Notes: generated by a model from the letters alone, not told the origin. A stretch of 64,000 nucleotides of DNA from an uncultured virus (IMG/VR IMGVR_UViG_3300024261_001453) (IMGVR_UViG_3300024261_001453); one strand, 5' to 3'; positions 1 to 9,748 are shown, counted from the first letter of the stretch. Numbers and translations: made by a program.

Positions 1-2
1 AG

Positions 3-101
3 ATTGCTAACTTAGGAAACGATTCTATCGTAGCAGTTAAAGATGATAATGTTTGTAAGGTTATTAGTGTTACTCCTTATGGAAACAATCCAGTAGATTA
101 A
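3..101 (+). CDS. 3' end of a gene truncated by the window edge (IANLGNDSIVAVKDDNVCKVISVTPYGNNPVD*)
   Basis: Open frame from the window start to TAA at 99-101, converging on the next gene. Confidence 0.5.
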   Translation: MANLGNDSIVAVKDDNVCKVISVTPYGNNPVD

Positions 102-126
102 TATGAATCGAATTTAGTTGGATTCA

Positions 127-1029
127 TTAATAGATAATTGGTCCATCAAACCCCAAACGAACATTTTGACCATCAAACACAATTGTTTCCGTTATCTCAG
201 AAGGCTTAAATGTATTTTTGTGATAAACTTTCATTGGTCTTCTAAAGTCTTCTTCTGGTGGAGTATAGACATAATTAAAACACTCACATCCACCACCCGT
301 TCTTTTCCAAGACTTGGTTAAAAAAAAGTTATCACCTATTAATTCCTTTATGTGAAAATAAATATAATTCTCTTTTGAGTATTCATTGATAGGCATTAAA
401 GATACTAAACCAATATCATTTATCTCAACAGAGTTTGCCCATTCTAAATATTTAAATACTTCTTCTGGTGTATCTATATAATTCTTTATTAAGTTACATC
501 TGAATTGTACTTGGTGTGGATGTGTTTGTAAATGGCTTATAGCCTTTATCTCTTCTGATGTAGGAGTTTTGCATTTGAATATCTCATCATTAATCTTATC
601 ATCATAGTGGTGACGACTAAGTTGTATATAATCATATCTTTTAGCAATAGGGTCGTTAAATAACTTCTCCCATCTAAATCCGTCTGTATTCAGTGATAAT
701 TCACAATCAGGTGCATATTCCACACCAACATTGGACATTTCCAGAAAATTATCCCAATATAAAGTTGGTTCTCCACCAGAAATGGCTATTTTTCTAATCT
801 TAATTCTATCTGATATATGTTGTAAGACTTCTTTATATTTTTTACCGTTCCATTTGGATGCGTCTGAGTGATATGTACAGAATGAGCACTTAGCGTTACA
901 GAATTTAGTTCTAACATAAAGATTTATATAAGGTTCTTCAATGGCGTTTCCCTCCTCCTCTCCAAATAAGGCACAATTATGAGTTATTAGCTTAATTTCT
1001 TTCCCGAATAATTCGATTGATTCTAACAT
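127..1029 (-). CDS. Radical SAM protein, function unknown
   Basis: CxxxCxxC motif (CNAKCSFC), ISGGEPTL motif, NTDG, SRHHYDD. Confidence 0.9.
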   Translation of the reverse strand: MLESIELFGKEIKLITHNCALFGEEEGNAIEEPYINLYVRTKFCNAKCSFCTYHSDASKWNGKKYKEVLQHISDRIKIRKIAISGGEPTLYWDNFLEMSNVGVEYAPDCELSLNTDGFRWEKLFNDPIAKRYDYIQLSRHHYDDKINDEIFKCKTPTSEEIKAISHLQTHPHQVQFRCNLIKNYIDTPEEVFKYLEWANSVEINDIGLVSLMPINEYSKENYIYFHIKELIGDNFFLTKSWKRTGGGCECFNYVYTPPEEDFRRPMKVYHKNTFKPSEITETIVFDGQNVRLGFDGPIIY

Positions 1030-1039
1030 TATTTATTTA

Positions 1040-1300
1040 TTAACAAGATGATCTTGAATATGATGAATCATCGTTTCGAAATCTCGAAATTGATGATTTT
1101 GGTGTTGGTGTTACTTTTTTATTAATTCGTGGCTCGATATCATTTTCGATACAAAACTTTATATAAACAGCTCTTTTCAAATCGCCTGTGTTTATTAAAT
1201 CTTCACAAGCATCATTAAATTTTGATTCAAGGTTAGTACCTTCATATCTACCTTTGTAGAATTGTAAAAGTTTTGCTAAAAGTTCTAATTGTTGGTCCAT
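1040..1300 (-). CDS. Small protein (86 aa) with Ser/Arg-rich tail ending in Cys
   Basis: ORF tightly packed between nadR and the radical SAM gene on the same strand. Confidence 0.7.
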   Translation of the reverse strand: MDQQLELLAKLLQFYKGRYEGTNLESKFNDACEDLINTGDLKRAVYIKFCIENDIEPRINKKVTPTPKSSISRFRNDDSSYSRSSC

Positions 1301-1318
1301 TGTGAATTCTTATTTTAG

Positions 1319-2338
1319 TTATATATTAAATTGTGAATTTACAATTTCAATAGATTTGCTTAATCTATCTCTCCAATTACCACCCACTTCTATATAATTA
1401 CAATTGTACTTTTCCAATTCTGATTTAATAACATTATAATGTTCCATCCTTTCTTCTAAAAACTGTCGTGTTCCGTCTTGAACACCATCACAATCAGGTT
1501 TCAATAGTAAGTATAAATCATAATTACTATTTTTATATACTTTATCTAGTAATATGTTTTCAATACTTTTATAACCATTTGGAAAATACATTTTTGAGAA
1601 GAGGTATGTTGTTATATCCTCTGTATCACAGAATAATAATTTATTGGATGTCTTTATTTTTTGATTTTCCAATTCTTGTCGACCAACAGATATTGGGATA
1701 AAGTCTTCTATTCCTATTTTATTACCATTTCTTTCAAATACAGTTCTGCCATATTCCTCAACAAAATTTGTGTTATAGTATTTAGCTAAATTTTCACTCA
1801 TTGTTGATTTCCCAACAGATTCCGGCCCCATAATAACAATTCTCTTAACGAAGTAGGGTTTTATTTCATCCGGTATAAATTCCCAACTATCAAAGGGGTT
1901 AGTTCTTACTTTAGTTCCTGATATAGGAAATTTCTTTCTTTCTTTATCAACTAGATAGTGTTTTATACCCAAATATTTAGCAAAATCATCACCGTAATTC
2001 TCAGAAGTGAATACACAATCTAATTTACCAACAAATTTATAAACAAATGGAACCCAATAAGAATAAAATTCATCAAGTGATTTACATTCGTGTTCATATT
2101 GTGGCATCTCACTATCATCAACAGAGTGTATTATGACATTTGGGTTACTTTCATATATTTCTCGTAAAGATTTTACTCTTAATTTACCAGGGATTGTTTG
2201 TGTAGGATTATGACAAGCTAAAACATGAACAACTTCCGAATTTTCCAAAGCGGTGTCTATTAAATAAAGGTGCCCGGTGTGTAATCCGTAGAATTTACCC
2301 AATACTAAACTACTTTTGTACTTTTTATCCATTTCCAT
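1319..2338 (-). CDS. nadR: NadR-type bifunctional NMN adenylyltransferase / ribosylnicotinamide kinase (no HTH)
   Basis: GKFYGLHTGHLYLI (HxGH) NMNAT motif, ISGTKVR, P-loop GPESVGKST, EEYGR, DG.R; overlaps the end of pnuC. Confidence 0.92.
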   Translation of the reverse strand: MEMDKKYKSSLVLGKFYGLHTGHLYLIDTALENSEVVHVLACHNPTQTIPGKLRVKSLREIYESNPNVIIHSVDDSEMPQYEHECKSLDEFYSYWVPFVYKFVGKLDCVFTSENYGDDFAKYLGIKHYLVDKERKKFPISGTKVRTNPFDSWEFIPDEIKPYFVKRIVIMGPESVGKSTMSENLAKYYNTNFVEEYGRTVFERNGNKIGIEDFIPISVGRQELENQKIKTSNKLLFCDTEDITTYLFSKMYFPNGYKSIENILLDKVYKNSNYDLYLLLKPDCDGVQDGTRQFLEERMEHYNVIKSELEKYNCNYIEVGGNWRDRLSKSIEIVNSQFNI

Positions 2339-2853
2339 AATCCAATTGATGCTAATATTAAGAATAAACCATATACATATGATGATACGTCTAAGCCATT
2401 TGATGAGAATAATACTATTAATAGAATGTCATTTATAATCCAAAGAATCCAAGCTTCTATTTTCTTCTTCACTAATAGGAATGTAGCCATAACACCCAAT
2501 GTCATTACAGCAGAGTCTAGAAATGGCATATTACCACCATATTCACTTGTTATACAAAACGTGGTCATGTATAGAATAATGGTGCTGGTTGTTAGATATC
2601 CTAATTGCTTTTTATTTAACCAACTAATAGCCAATTCTTCTTTTGGTTTGCTCCAGTTTATCCAACCTAGTATAGATTGGACTAGAAATACACCTTGTAA
2701 AACTAAATCACCAAGTAAGTTATGGTTGTAAAAGATAACAGAGTAAAAGATAACTCCTACGATACCAAATGGCCAACATAATATGTTATCTTTTACTGTT
2801 AGAATAACAGCTAGTAACGTGAATAAAACAGCTACTGCCTCAATAATATCCAT
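2305..2853 (-). CDS. pnuC: PnuC-family nicotinamide riboside/vitamin transporter
   Basis: Multi-TM 182 aa; WPFGIV, GWINW, PFLDS, KKIEAWILWIIND motifs. Confidence 0.92.
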   Translation of the reverse strand: MDIIEAVAVLFTLLAVILTVKDNILCWPFGIVGVIFYSVIFYNHNLLGDLVLQGVFLVQSILGWINWSKPKEELAISWLNKKQLGYLTTSTIILYMTTFCITSEYGGNMPFLDSAVMTLGVMATFLLVKKKIEAWILWIINDILLIVLFSSNGLDVSSYVYGLFLILASIGLWKWIKSTKVV

Positions 2854-4835
2854 TAAATCTTAAATTTAATTGTAGCGAAGAAGTTGAATGGTGGATTAAC
2901 AAAGAAGTGTCTATCTGTACCAACTGCGTATCCATTAGTGTAATAACTTTCATTAGTTATGTTATTTACTCTAATACTTAAACTGTGTTGTTTATAGAAT
3001 TTATAATCAACTTGAGCATTTAATACCACAAAATCTGGTGTTGTGAGTGTGTTCTCCATATCAATATAAGACTCTGAGTGGTACTTCACATCAAATCCAA
3101 CTCTTATTCTATCTTTTGAATCTTTAATCACCACACCTTGGTTAATTATCAAATTAGGTGTGTATAATGGACTAAATTCTTTCCCATCATCATTAATTCT
3201 GTTATAAGAGTATGATGATGTATTAACTAATAATAAGTTAATTTTCTTTTTACTAAATAAACTTAAAGTCATATCTAATTCAATACCACTTCTAAAAGAG
3301 TTTTCAACATTAGTCATTAACGGTAAACCATTTGAACCAATTGCTCCTAATAATGTTATTTCATTTTTGAAATCCATATAGTATAGATTACCTTGTAACT
3401 TAAAGTTATCTAATGTTATATTAGTACCTAATTCATAATCAACAACCGATTCTGGTTTAACATCTATGTAACTAATAGGATCATCTTCTCCCATAAAAAT
3501 ATCATTTCTTGTTGGTTCTCTTTGTGATTGACCAACAGAAGCATAGAAGTTATAGTGTTTACATTTCGTGAACATTATACCACCTTTTGGGTTGAAGAAT
3601 GTCCATTCAAATGGTGCCATATCCATAGTACCTTGATACTTGAAATCAACGTATCTAACTTGAGCATCTCCGAAAAGAGTAAACTTCTTTATATCATATC
3701 CGAATTTAACAAATGATGATACTTCGTTTTTAAGTCCTTTATTAGAATATAGTTCATCTGTGTTTGCTAATACAGTCATAGCATGTCGTCTATCATACAT
3801 ATTACCACTAACACCAATATTCAATCTATATTTATTACCAGTTAAGTTATAGTTAGAGGTTAATCCATAGAAGTTAGAACCTAAATTGAAGTTAAGAACA
3901 TCATCCCCTCCACCAAGTGGTAGTAAATCTAATCCCCAATCTCCATCTAATCTATTATAGAAAGCGGTAGTCGTTAAATTTGACTTGTTAAAAAAGTGTT
4001 TGTGTTTTAAGATAACCATACTTTGTGTAAAGTCGTCATTTTCTCTAGTAGTATTATAGTTAGTTCTTGGTTCTGATTTTATATCATCTTCTGAAACTGC
4101 GAACCAAGCCATTTCATTAGTTGTGTGTCCATTGAATGCTGTTATTTTAACAAAATCCTTTTCTCCATAATAACCACCACTTAAAAAGAATGATTGTCCT
4201 TCACCACCTGAGTTATATTTGTATCCATCACTCGCGTAATTTGAATATCTAGTATAAAAGGCTGTTTTATTTTTTAGTAATCCTGTTGAGTTTTCAATAC
4301 TAACTCTATAAGTATTAAATGATCCATATCCAATTTGTCCTTCTGTTCCTTTCTTTAATCCCGTTGGTGATTCAAAATTAATAGAACCAGCATATGAGGA
4401 AACACCGTTTGTTGATGTACCAACACCACGTTGTATCTGCATTGACCTAATTGAGTTTGTAAAATCTGGGTAATTTGAGAAATATACACCTTGGTCCTCT
4501 GGTTCATTAAGAGGAACCCCATCGAGTGTCATATTAATTCTAGTTTGGTCAATACCTCTCAATCTAAAGTAAGTATATCCCATATTGTGACCGCCATCTG
4601 TTGATGATGTTACACTTGGTGTTGTGTTTAATAACAACGGTAATTCTTGTGTATGATACATAACATCTATATCATCTTTACTGATTGTTTTCTGAGTGAC
4701 TGGTGTTTTAGATCCAGCTCTAATTCCTTGTATAGTAACTTCTTCAATTTGCACCATTGATGTGTCAACCTTTAGAGTATCCTGTGAATACGATGTTGAT
4801 GTTGCTAATAAAAATAAAAATAGTAATTTCTTCAT
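2853..4835 (-). CDS. TonB-dependent outer-membrane receptor (Bacteroidota vitamin-receptor type)
   Basis: Signal peptide ending ...SYS/Q, TonB-box-like IEEVTI, plug motifs (RLRGIDQTRINMTLDGVPLN; QIQRGVGTS..G..SYAGSIN), C-terminal NNITN...ATIKFKI beta-barrel end. Confidence 0.93.
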   Translation of the reverse strand: MKKLLFLFLLATSTSYSQDTLKVDTSMVQIEEVTIQGIRAGSKTPVTQKTISKDDIDVMYHTQELPLLLNTTPSVTSSTDGGHNMGYTYFRLRGIDQTRINMTLDGVPLNEPEDQGVYFSNYPDFTNSIRSMQIQRGVGTSTNGVSSYAGSINFESPTGLKKGTEGQIGYGSFNTYRVSIENSTGLLKNKTAFYTRYSNYASDGYKYNSGGEGQSFFLSGGYYGEKDFVKITAFNGHTTNEMAWFAVSEDDIKSEPRTNYNTTRENDDFTQSMVILKHKHFFNKSNLTTTAFYNRLDGDWGLDLLPLGGGDDVLNFNLGSNFYGLTSNYNLTGNKYRLNIGVSGNMYDRRHAMTVLANTDELYSNKGLKNEVSSFVKFGYDIKKFTLFGDAQVRYVDFKYQGTMDMAPFEWTFFNPKGGIMFTKCKHYNFYASVGQSQREPTRNDIFMGEDDPISYIDVKPESVVDYELGTNITLDNFKLQGNLYYMDFKNEITLLGAIGSNGLPLMTNVENSFRSGIELDMTLSLFSKKKINLLLVNTSSYSYNRINDDGKEFSPLYTPNLIINQGVVIKDSKDRIRVGFDVKYHSESYIDMENTLTTPDFVVLNAQVDYKFYKQHSLSIRVNNITNESYYTNGYAVGTDRHFFVNPPFNFFATIKFKI

Positions 4836-4851
4836 ATTTTTTGTTATTGAT

Positions 4852-5211
4852 TTATATTGATTGATTTATTATTGATTCTCTGTTTTCTGATTTAAGATAT
4901 TCGAAAAAGTCTTTTAGTAAAATATTTTCTGTTCCATCATACTCATATTCACTACCACTTCCTATATTCCCATAATTTATATTTGAGTTTTTAAACTCAT
5001 TAAATTTTTCTTCTAATTTCTTACTCATTTCAGTGGATGTATGGATATCAATTGTATTGTCTCTTTCATCTAAGTAAAAAGTGAACAATTTGTTATCTAA
5101 TCCAGTTCTTTTGTGGTGTACCGAGACGAATCTTTTACCAAGTACCTCAATATGGTCTGAGTTATCACATTTAAGTTCAATTCCGTAAAATGGTAAGTAT
5201 AAATTTATCAT
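4852..5211 (-). CDS. Hypothetical protein
   Basis: 119-aa ORF in the minus-strand run; C-terminal NRESIINQSI. Confidence 0.7.
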   Translation of the reverse strand: MINLYLPFYGIELKCDNSDHIEVLGKRFVSVHHKRTGLDNKLFTFYLDERDNTIDIHTSTEMSKKLEEKFNEFKNSNINYGNIGSGSEYEYDGTENILLKDFFEYLKSENRESIINQSI

Positions 5212-5231
5212 ATTAGATTAAAATTATTTGA

Positions 5232-6020
5232 TTAAATATCATCCTCTTCAAAATCTTGTTCGAAGCTAAGCATCAAATTAGATTCTTCATCTTTAACTAA
5301 CATAAAGGTTTCGAATATACTGAATGTGATTTTTTCTCTCTCAGCGTTTATGCAATTTAAAAACCTTTTATTAAAAATAAGGTTAGAACTTCTATCATCT
5401 TCTAAGTTATCGACTTCTAAATCCCAAGCTGATTTTTCAGAGAAGTTAACAATACCTTTATCGATACCAATATTTATAATTCTCTCTGAGTTAATACTTG
5501 AAAGTTTTTTAATATCAGTGAAATCATCTTTCGTAAGAGCGAATGACCATTTACTATTTTTTAGATTTAAGTTCTTAGCTAACATTTCTTTATTGATTTC
5601 TCTAGTTTCATTATTGTGTTCTCCACCAACCCAATTAATCTTAAATCGACCACAAGATACTTGGAAATATCTTACTTGATAAATGTCTCTATCATCGGCT
5701 GATGGTTTATAATTAAATTCTATTGTTACTTTATCCGGATCCTTGATCATACCAAGGTTCTTAACAAATTTCTTGATATTAGGTATGACTAAATCTAATT
5801 GATAATCTAGGTCATCGTTTTTTATGAGAAATTCATCTGTTGGTATTAAATAGTTTTTGAAGGCGAGTAATATATTCTTACCTAAGATAGAATACATTAA
5901 TACATCATCATTATCTATTTTCAACCTAACACTATCATCAATAGTTGATAAATCACTTAATTTAGAAACAAATGTATTAAATGTGTCTCCGTTTATTTTA
6001 AATTTTACTTTATTCGCCAT
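5232..6020 (-). CDS. Putative sliding clamp (gp45/PCNA-like)
   Basis: 262 aa, acidic, alpha/beta repeat pattern resembling the PCNA N-terminus; a clamp loader is also in the window. Confidence 0.6.
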   Translation of the reverse strand: MANKVKFKINGDTFNTFVSKLSDLSTIDDSVRLKIDNDDVLMYSILGKNILLAFKNYLIPTDEFLIKNDDLDYQLDLVIPNIKKFVKNLGMIKDPDKVTIEFNYKPSADDRDIYQVRYFQVSCGRFKINWVGGEHNNETREINKEMLAKNLNLKNSKWSFALTKDDFTDIKKLSSINSERIINIGIDKGIVNFSEKSAWDLEVDNLEDDRSSNLIFNKRFLNCINAEREKITFSIFETFMLVKDEESNLMLSFEQDFEEDDI

Positions 6021-6090
6021 TTCGTAGAAATATTATTACTAAGTATATCATGTAAATCTTTTTTTGTTTAGTTATTTTAATATATATGTT

Positions 6091-6417
6091 ATGGTAAAAA
6101 AATGGAATCAATTTATTAGAGAATTCATAGAGAACTCGGATAATGTTATCGATATTAAAATGCAAGAGATAAGAACACTTATAAATGGTGTTTCTGATGG
6201 CCAGAACATAGTATATGAATGGGAGAATAAAAATGATCATCAATTAATAGTTAATTTCACTAAAGATGATTTATCTATTAGATATGAATTTGACATCGAT
6301 AATTTGATAGTTAAAAAAATAGTTGGTGATACTGTTGATTTCACCAATCAGGCAAAATCCATAAGTGGTGGGTTAATTAATATTGAAAAGGATATACATA
6401 TGGTTTTAAGTATTTAA
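6091..6417 (+). CDS. Hypothetical protein with CTS-like N-terminus (MVKKWNQFIRE)
   Basis: ATG just after TAATATATA; more plausible than the TTG start at 6064. Confidence 0.7.
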   Translation: MVKKWNQFIREFIENSDNVIDIKMQEIRTLINGVSDGQNIVYEWENKNDHQLIVNFTKDDLSIRYEFDIDNLIVKKIVGDTVDFTNQAKSISGGLINIEKDIHMVLSI

Positions 6418-6798
6418 GATAGGTTTAACGTGTTCGTTAATTATTCTTTCAACTTCCTTTAACTTCTTTCTCGTAGTTTTAACATCTAATTGAATTCTCC
6501 AATTTCTAACAAGTACATCATCATCATCTGGAATTTCTTCGATTATTATATCGAAGTCTTCATCTTCCTTTAAAATTTCAAAGAAATTCTCATCACTTTC
6601 AAAAGAAGTCTTAAATTCTTTCATTGTCTTTTCATCAATCTGTTGATAAGCACCATAAGGATCTAGAACCTCATATGTACCATTTTCGTTTGGTTCAAAT
6701 ATATGACCTTTTTCATAAATGACCTTTTCCTTTGAAAGGCCCATAAAATCAGTCTTTATACACCAATCTTCTTTTGATATAAATCTAGGATACTTCAT
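6406..6798 (-). CDS. Hypothetical protein
   Basis: 130-aa ORF. Confidence 0.7.
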   Translation of the reverse strand: MKYPRFISKEDWCIKTDFMGLSKEKVIYEKGHIFEPNENGTYEVLDPYGAYQQIDEKTMKEFKTSFESDENFFEILKEDEDFDIIIEEIPDDDDVLVRNWRIQLDVKTTRKKLKEVERIINEHVKPILNT

Positions 6799-6822
6799 TT
6801 TTAATTTGTTTTTTATAAAATA

Positions 6823-7320
6823 TTAACTACGACCTAAATAGTTCATTAATTCAATCATATTCTTTATTGAATATGAAAAGCTTTCAAGATTTCTTACGGT
6901 GTCTCTTAAAAATTCTATATATGATTCTATTAATTCCATACATCTATCATTCTCGGCTAGGTGACCGTCTATTAAAATACCCTTTTCTCCTAAATTGGTT
7001 TTCATACCAAAACCCGTTGCATAAAAAACAAATTTATCTTGTCTAAGTTTCTTTATCTTAGTCGTTTCTCTACTACGTTTATTTAAAAAGAAGTTAATTT
7101 GTTCGTTAATTTGTTGTCTGTGTGTGAGAGCGTTAGCTTGAGCATCAAGTAATGGTTTAGCATTTGAGGGAATACTTAAATCCAAAGAAAGTACTTGAAA
7201 TAATGGTTCCACATTTTTATTCCAATCTGTTCTTTTGTCATTAAAGAAGTCTTCTAATTTATCATTAGTCTCCTTTGCTTTTTTGATTCTCTCTAATTCT
7301 TCTTGGTTATATGGGTTCAT
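6823..7320 (-). CDS. UvsY-like recombination mediator
   Basis: Helical protein ending LESFSYSIKNMIELMNY, similar to the UvsY C-terminal IKN.IE motif. Confidence 0.6.
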   Translation of the reverse strand: MNPYNQEELERIKKAKETNDKLEDFFNDKRTDWNKNVEPLFQVLSLDLSIPSNAKPLLDAQANALTHRQQINEQINFFLNKRSRETTKIKKLRQDKFVFYATGFGMKTNLGEKGILIDGHLAENDRCMELIESYIEFLRDTVRNLESFSYSIKNMIELMNYLGRS

Positions 7321-7397
7321 ACTTAAATATTTTTTTCATTTGTTAATCATACCTTTTATGTCTTTATCTATGTTTTGATTTAAATATTTTTCAAAAT

Positions 7398-7676
7398 TTA
7401 TTTATTTATTTCATCCATAATCTTTGAGATTTTGAAATCTCTTATGATTTTAATTGTTGAATTATCGATACCCTCATATATATCATTTGATGAGTGACCA
7501 TTATTATTGATAATATTTAATACTGATATTAATGATTCTCCCATCTCATCTAGATGTTGATTGATAATATTCTTCTTATTAATATTATTATTTTTTATAT
7601 AATCAGAAATTATAATTATATGTGATGTTAGGTAATCAAGGTATTCATTAATTTCTAACTCTGTTGGTTCTTGCAT
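7398..7676 (-). CDS. Hypothetical protein
   Basis: 92-aa ORF; C-terminal IRDFKISKIM. Confidence 0.6.
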   Translation of the reverse strand: MQEPTELEINEYLDYLTSHIIIISDYIKNNNINKKNIINQHLDEMGESLISVLNIINNNGHSSNDIYEGIDNSTIKIIRDFKISKIMDEINK

Positions 7677-7742
7677 ATGTATCGAATTTTATCTAAAAAT
7701 GGGTATTTTGTTTATTATATATACTAAAAATAAAAGTATCTT

Positions 7743-8474
7743 ATGAGTATAACAATAGGAAACCTTAAAAGGGTTATGAAAAACAAAGGATATAAATGGT
7801 ATACAGATAGACCTAATATGATAGGAGTGAGAACCACATTAGATATACCAGATTCGTTTAATGATTTCTTCTGTATGGTTTATTCTATCCCAGAAATGCC
7901 TTCTACTTTATCATTAAAACAAAAACAATCTTTTTTAAATAATTGGGGATTTATAGGAGCCAATGGTAGAAAATTATCGGAGGATGGTGTTAGTGGTAAA
8001 AATACTGATTATGCTATTTCTCAATATGAATCTAAGAAGGGAAAAGAAGATTTAAAAATATTTCCGAATACAACTAACCCTGGGGTTTATTGGTTAAACC
8101 ACCCTATGAATAAAATGGGATCAGCTGTTCTTAAACCTGGTCAATGGGAAGATTGTTGGTCTCGTGGACAACACATAAAGCCTAGTCATAGAGCATTAAG
8201 ACAAACTGGTAAGATAACAGTTTATAGAGATAATGATAAAGATAATAATTATGACTTGAATGAGTCTAATACACAAAATGGTTTATTTGGTATAAATATT
8301 CATGGTTCTGGTAGAAAGTACCCTTCTAAACAAATTGGTAAATGGTCTGCTGGTTGTCAAGTTTTCTCTAATTGGGAACATAAAGAGTTTGTGATGGATG
8401 TTTGTGATAATTTCAAAGCACACACTGGTAATAAATTTACTTATACATTAATAGATGAAGTTGATTTAGTTTAA
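7743..8474 (+). CDS. Putative cell-wall enzyme: L,D-transpeptidase-like catalytic domain with an inserted peptidoglycan-binding-like motif
   Basis: GINIHG-x13-SAGCQV (YkuD-like His...Cys); LSEDGVSGKNTDYAI resembles the PG_binding_1 DG..G..T..A motif. Confidence 0.65.
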   Translation: MSITIGNLKRVMKNKGYKWYTDRPNMIGVRTTLDIPDSFNDFFCMVYSIPEMPSTLSLKQKQSFLNNWGFIGANGRKLSEDGVSGKNTDYAISQYESKKGKEDLKIFPNTTNPGVYWLNHPMNKMGSAVLKPGQWEDCWSRGQHIKPSHRALRQTGKITVYRDNDKDNNYDLNESNTQNGLFGINIHGSGRKYPSKQIGKWSAGCQVFSNWEHKEFVMDVCDNFKAHTGNKFTYTLIDEVDLV

Positions 8475-8488
8475 AACTAAAATAAAGT

Positions 8489-8519
8489 AAAAACCCACTC
8501 AGATTTTGAGTGGTTTTTT
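8489..8519. terminator. Bidirectional intrinsic terminator
   Basis: A-tract CCACTCA-loop-TGAGTGG T-tract between convergent genes. Confidence 0.85.
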
Positions 8520-8841
8520 ATGCTTTTTTATTTATTTTGTCATATAACTTTTTGAAATGATCTCTTATCATTCTTTTAGTAACTTCTTCTAAAGATAAAA
8601 TGTTATTAACTTCGTTAAGAAAATCTTCTAATCCTAAATCATCCATGAATTCTTTGGTGAATTCTTTGTTTAATTCTCTTAGTATTGTTCTTGAATCTAT
8701 TTTCTTATCCATGTTCAAAAGTATAGAAGTTCTATATTCTTTTAATCTAAATAATAAATTATCATTTATCTGTGATAATGTATTTTCATCCAAATCAGAC
8801 ATTTTTAATTCTTCGTTAAACTTTTTGAAATTATAAATCAT
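8518..8841 (-). CDS. Hypothetical protein with CTS-like N-terminus (MIYNFKKFNEE)
   Basis: ATG at 8841 follows the upstream gene's stop. Confidence 0.7.
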   Translation of the reverse strand: MIYNFKKFNEELKMSDLDENTLSQINDNLLFRLKEYRTSILLNMDKKIDSRTILRELNKEFTKEFMDDLGLEDFLNEVNNILSLEEVTKRMIRDHFKKLYDKINKKA

Positions 8842-8845
8842 ATTA

Positions 8846-9748
8846 TTATACTTTTTCGTCAAATAGATAAAGGTCATATAGTGAATTGCCTTTAACTCTT
8901 TTAATATTTTTTAATACATCTCCTGTTATAGAGTCTAATACTTTATAAACTCCTAATTGTGTACCTTTGTCTGTTAAAACTTTAACTGTATTTCCTGGTT
9001 GACCAAGTGCTCCTAAAATAGCAATATATTTATTACCATAAATACTTTTAAGAAAAGACATTCTTAACCCAACCATATCCTTAATATTATTGATATAAGC
9101 ATTTTCCATTGGGTTTGTTAAATCTACTTGACTGTCAGCATCTTTAACTTTAATTATAGCGAATTTTCTATTTTCATCTCCAATAGTAACCTCTTCTCTA
9201 CTTTGAATCTTATCTTGTTTAACAAGGTTTTGTTGGTTTCTTCTTATTTCATTGAAATCAGCACGTGCTATCATACCACCTCTCATTCCTTTATCATTCA
9301 TATTGTATCCGTTTGGTGGAAGTCTATAAAATGAACCAGTAAATGTCATTGACAATACTCTATCAGTTCTAAAAAGTCTCCATATCTTATTAATGTGTCT
9401 TTTTTGTGATACTGACCAACCATTTAAGTGCCATCCTCTAAGTAAAGTCTTACCTTTTGATGACCTACCTAATACCATTGGATATATAACTCTTTCATGG
9501 CCAGCAAAATGAGAATCCTTTTCTCCTTTGTAGTTAAGTAAGAATATCATACCATATTTAATAGCTTTAATCATTAATTCATCCGAATATTTAACTGGTT
9601 CGTTAATAGGAATATTTGCTATATCTCTAACATTCTTTAATGAAAATCTAGGAACAAACTCTTGATTTTCAATCAAGTCATATTTTTCTTTAATAATAAA
9701 CTCAACTGGTTTTGTGTTGTAATATGCTCTTACTTGTCTTAAATTCAT
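8846..9748 (-). CDS. WYL-like domain protein
   Basis: LNYKG...ERVIYPMVLG...LLRGW...WRLFRTDRVLS pattern of the WYL fold. Confidence 0.55.
   Translation of the reverse strand: MNLRQVRAYYNTKPVEFIIKEKYDLIENQEFVPRFSLKNVRDIANIPINEPVKYSDELMIKAIKYGMIFLLNYKGEKDSHFAGHERVIYPMVLGRSSKGKTLLRGWHLNGWSVSQKRHINKIWRLFRTDRVLSMTFTGSFYRLPPNGYNMNDKGMRGGMIARADFNEIRRNQQNLVKQDKIQSREEVTIGDENRKFAIIKVKDADSQVDLTNPMENAYINNIKDMVGLRMSFLKSIYGNKYIAILGALGQPGNTVKVLTDKGTQLGVYKVLDSITGDVLKNIKRVKGNSLYDLYLFDEKV

Noticed and set aside
1319..4835. Bacterial host DNA or a prophage boundary
   Set aside because: Same AT-rich composition as the rest, continuous same-strand packing with the phage clamp gene, and no integrase or att-like feature seen.
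4836..4851. TPP or other riboswitch ahead of the TonB receptor
   Set aside because: The intergenic gap is only 16 nt and no aptamer-like sequence is visible.
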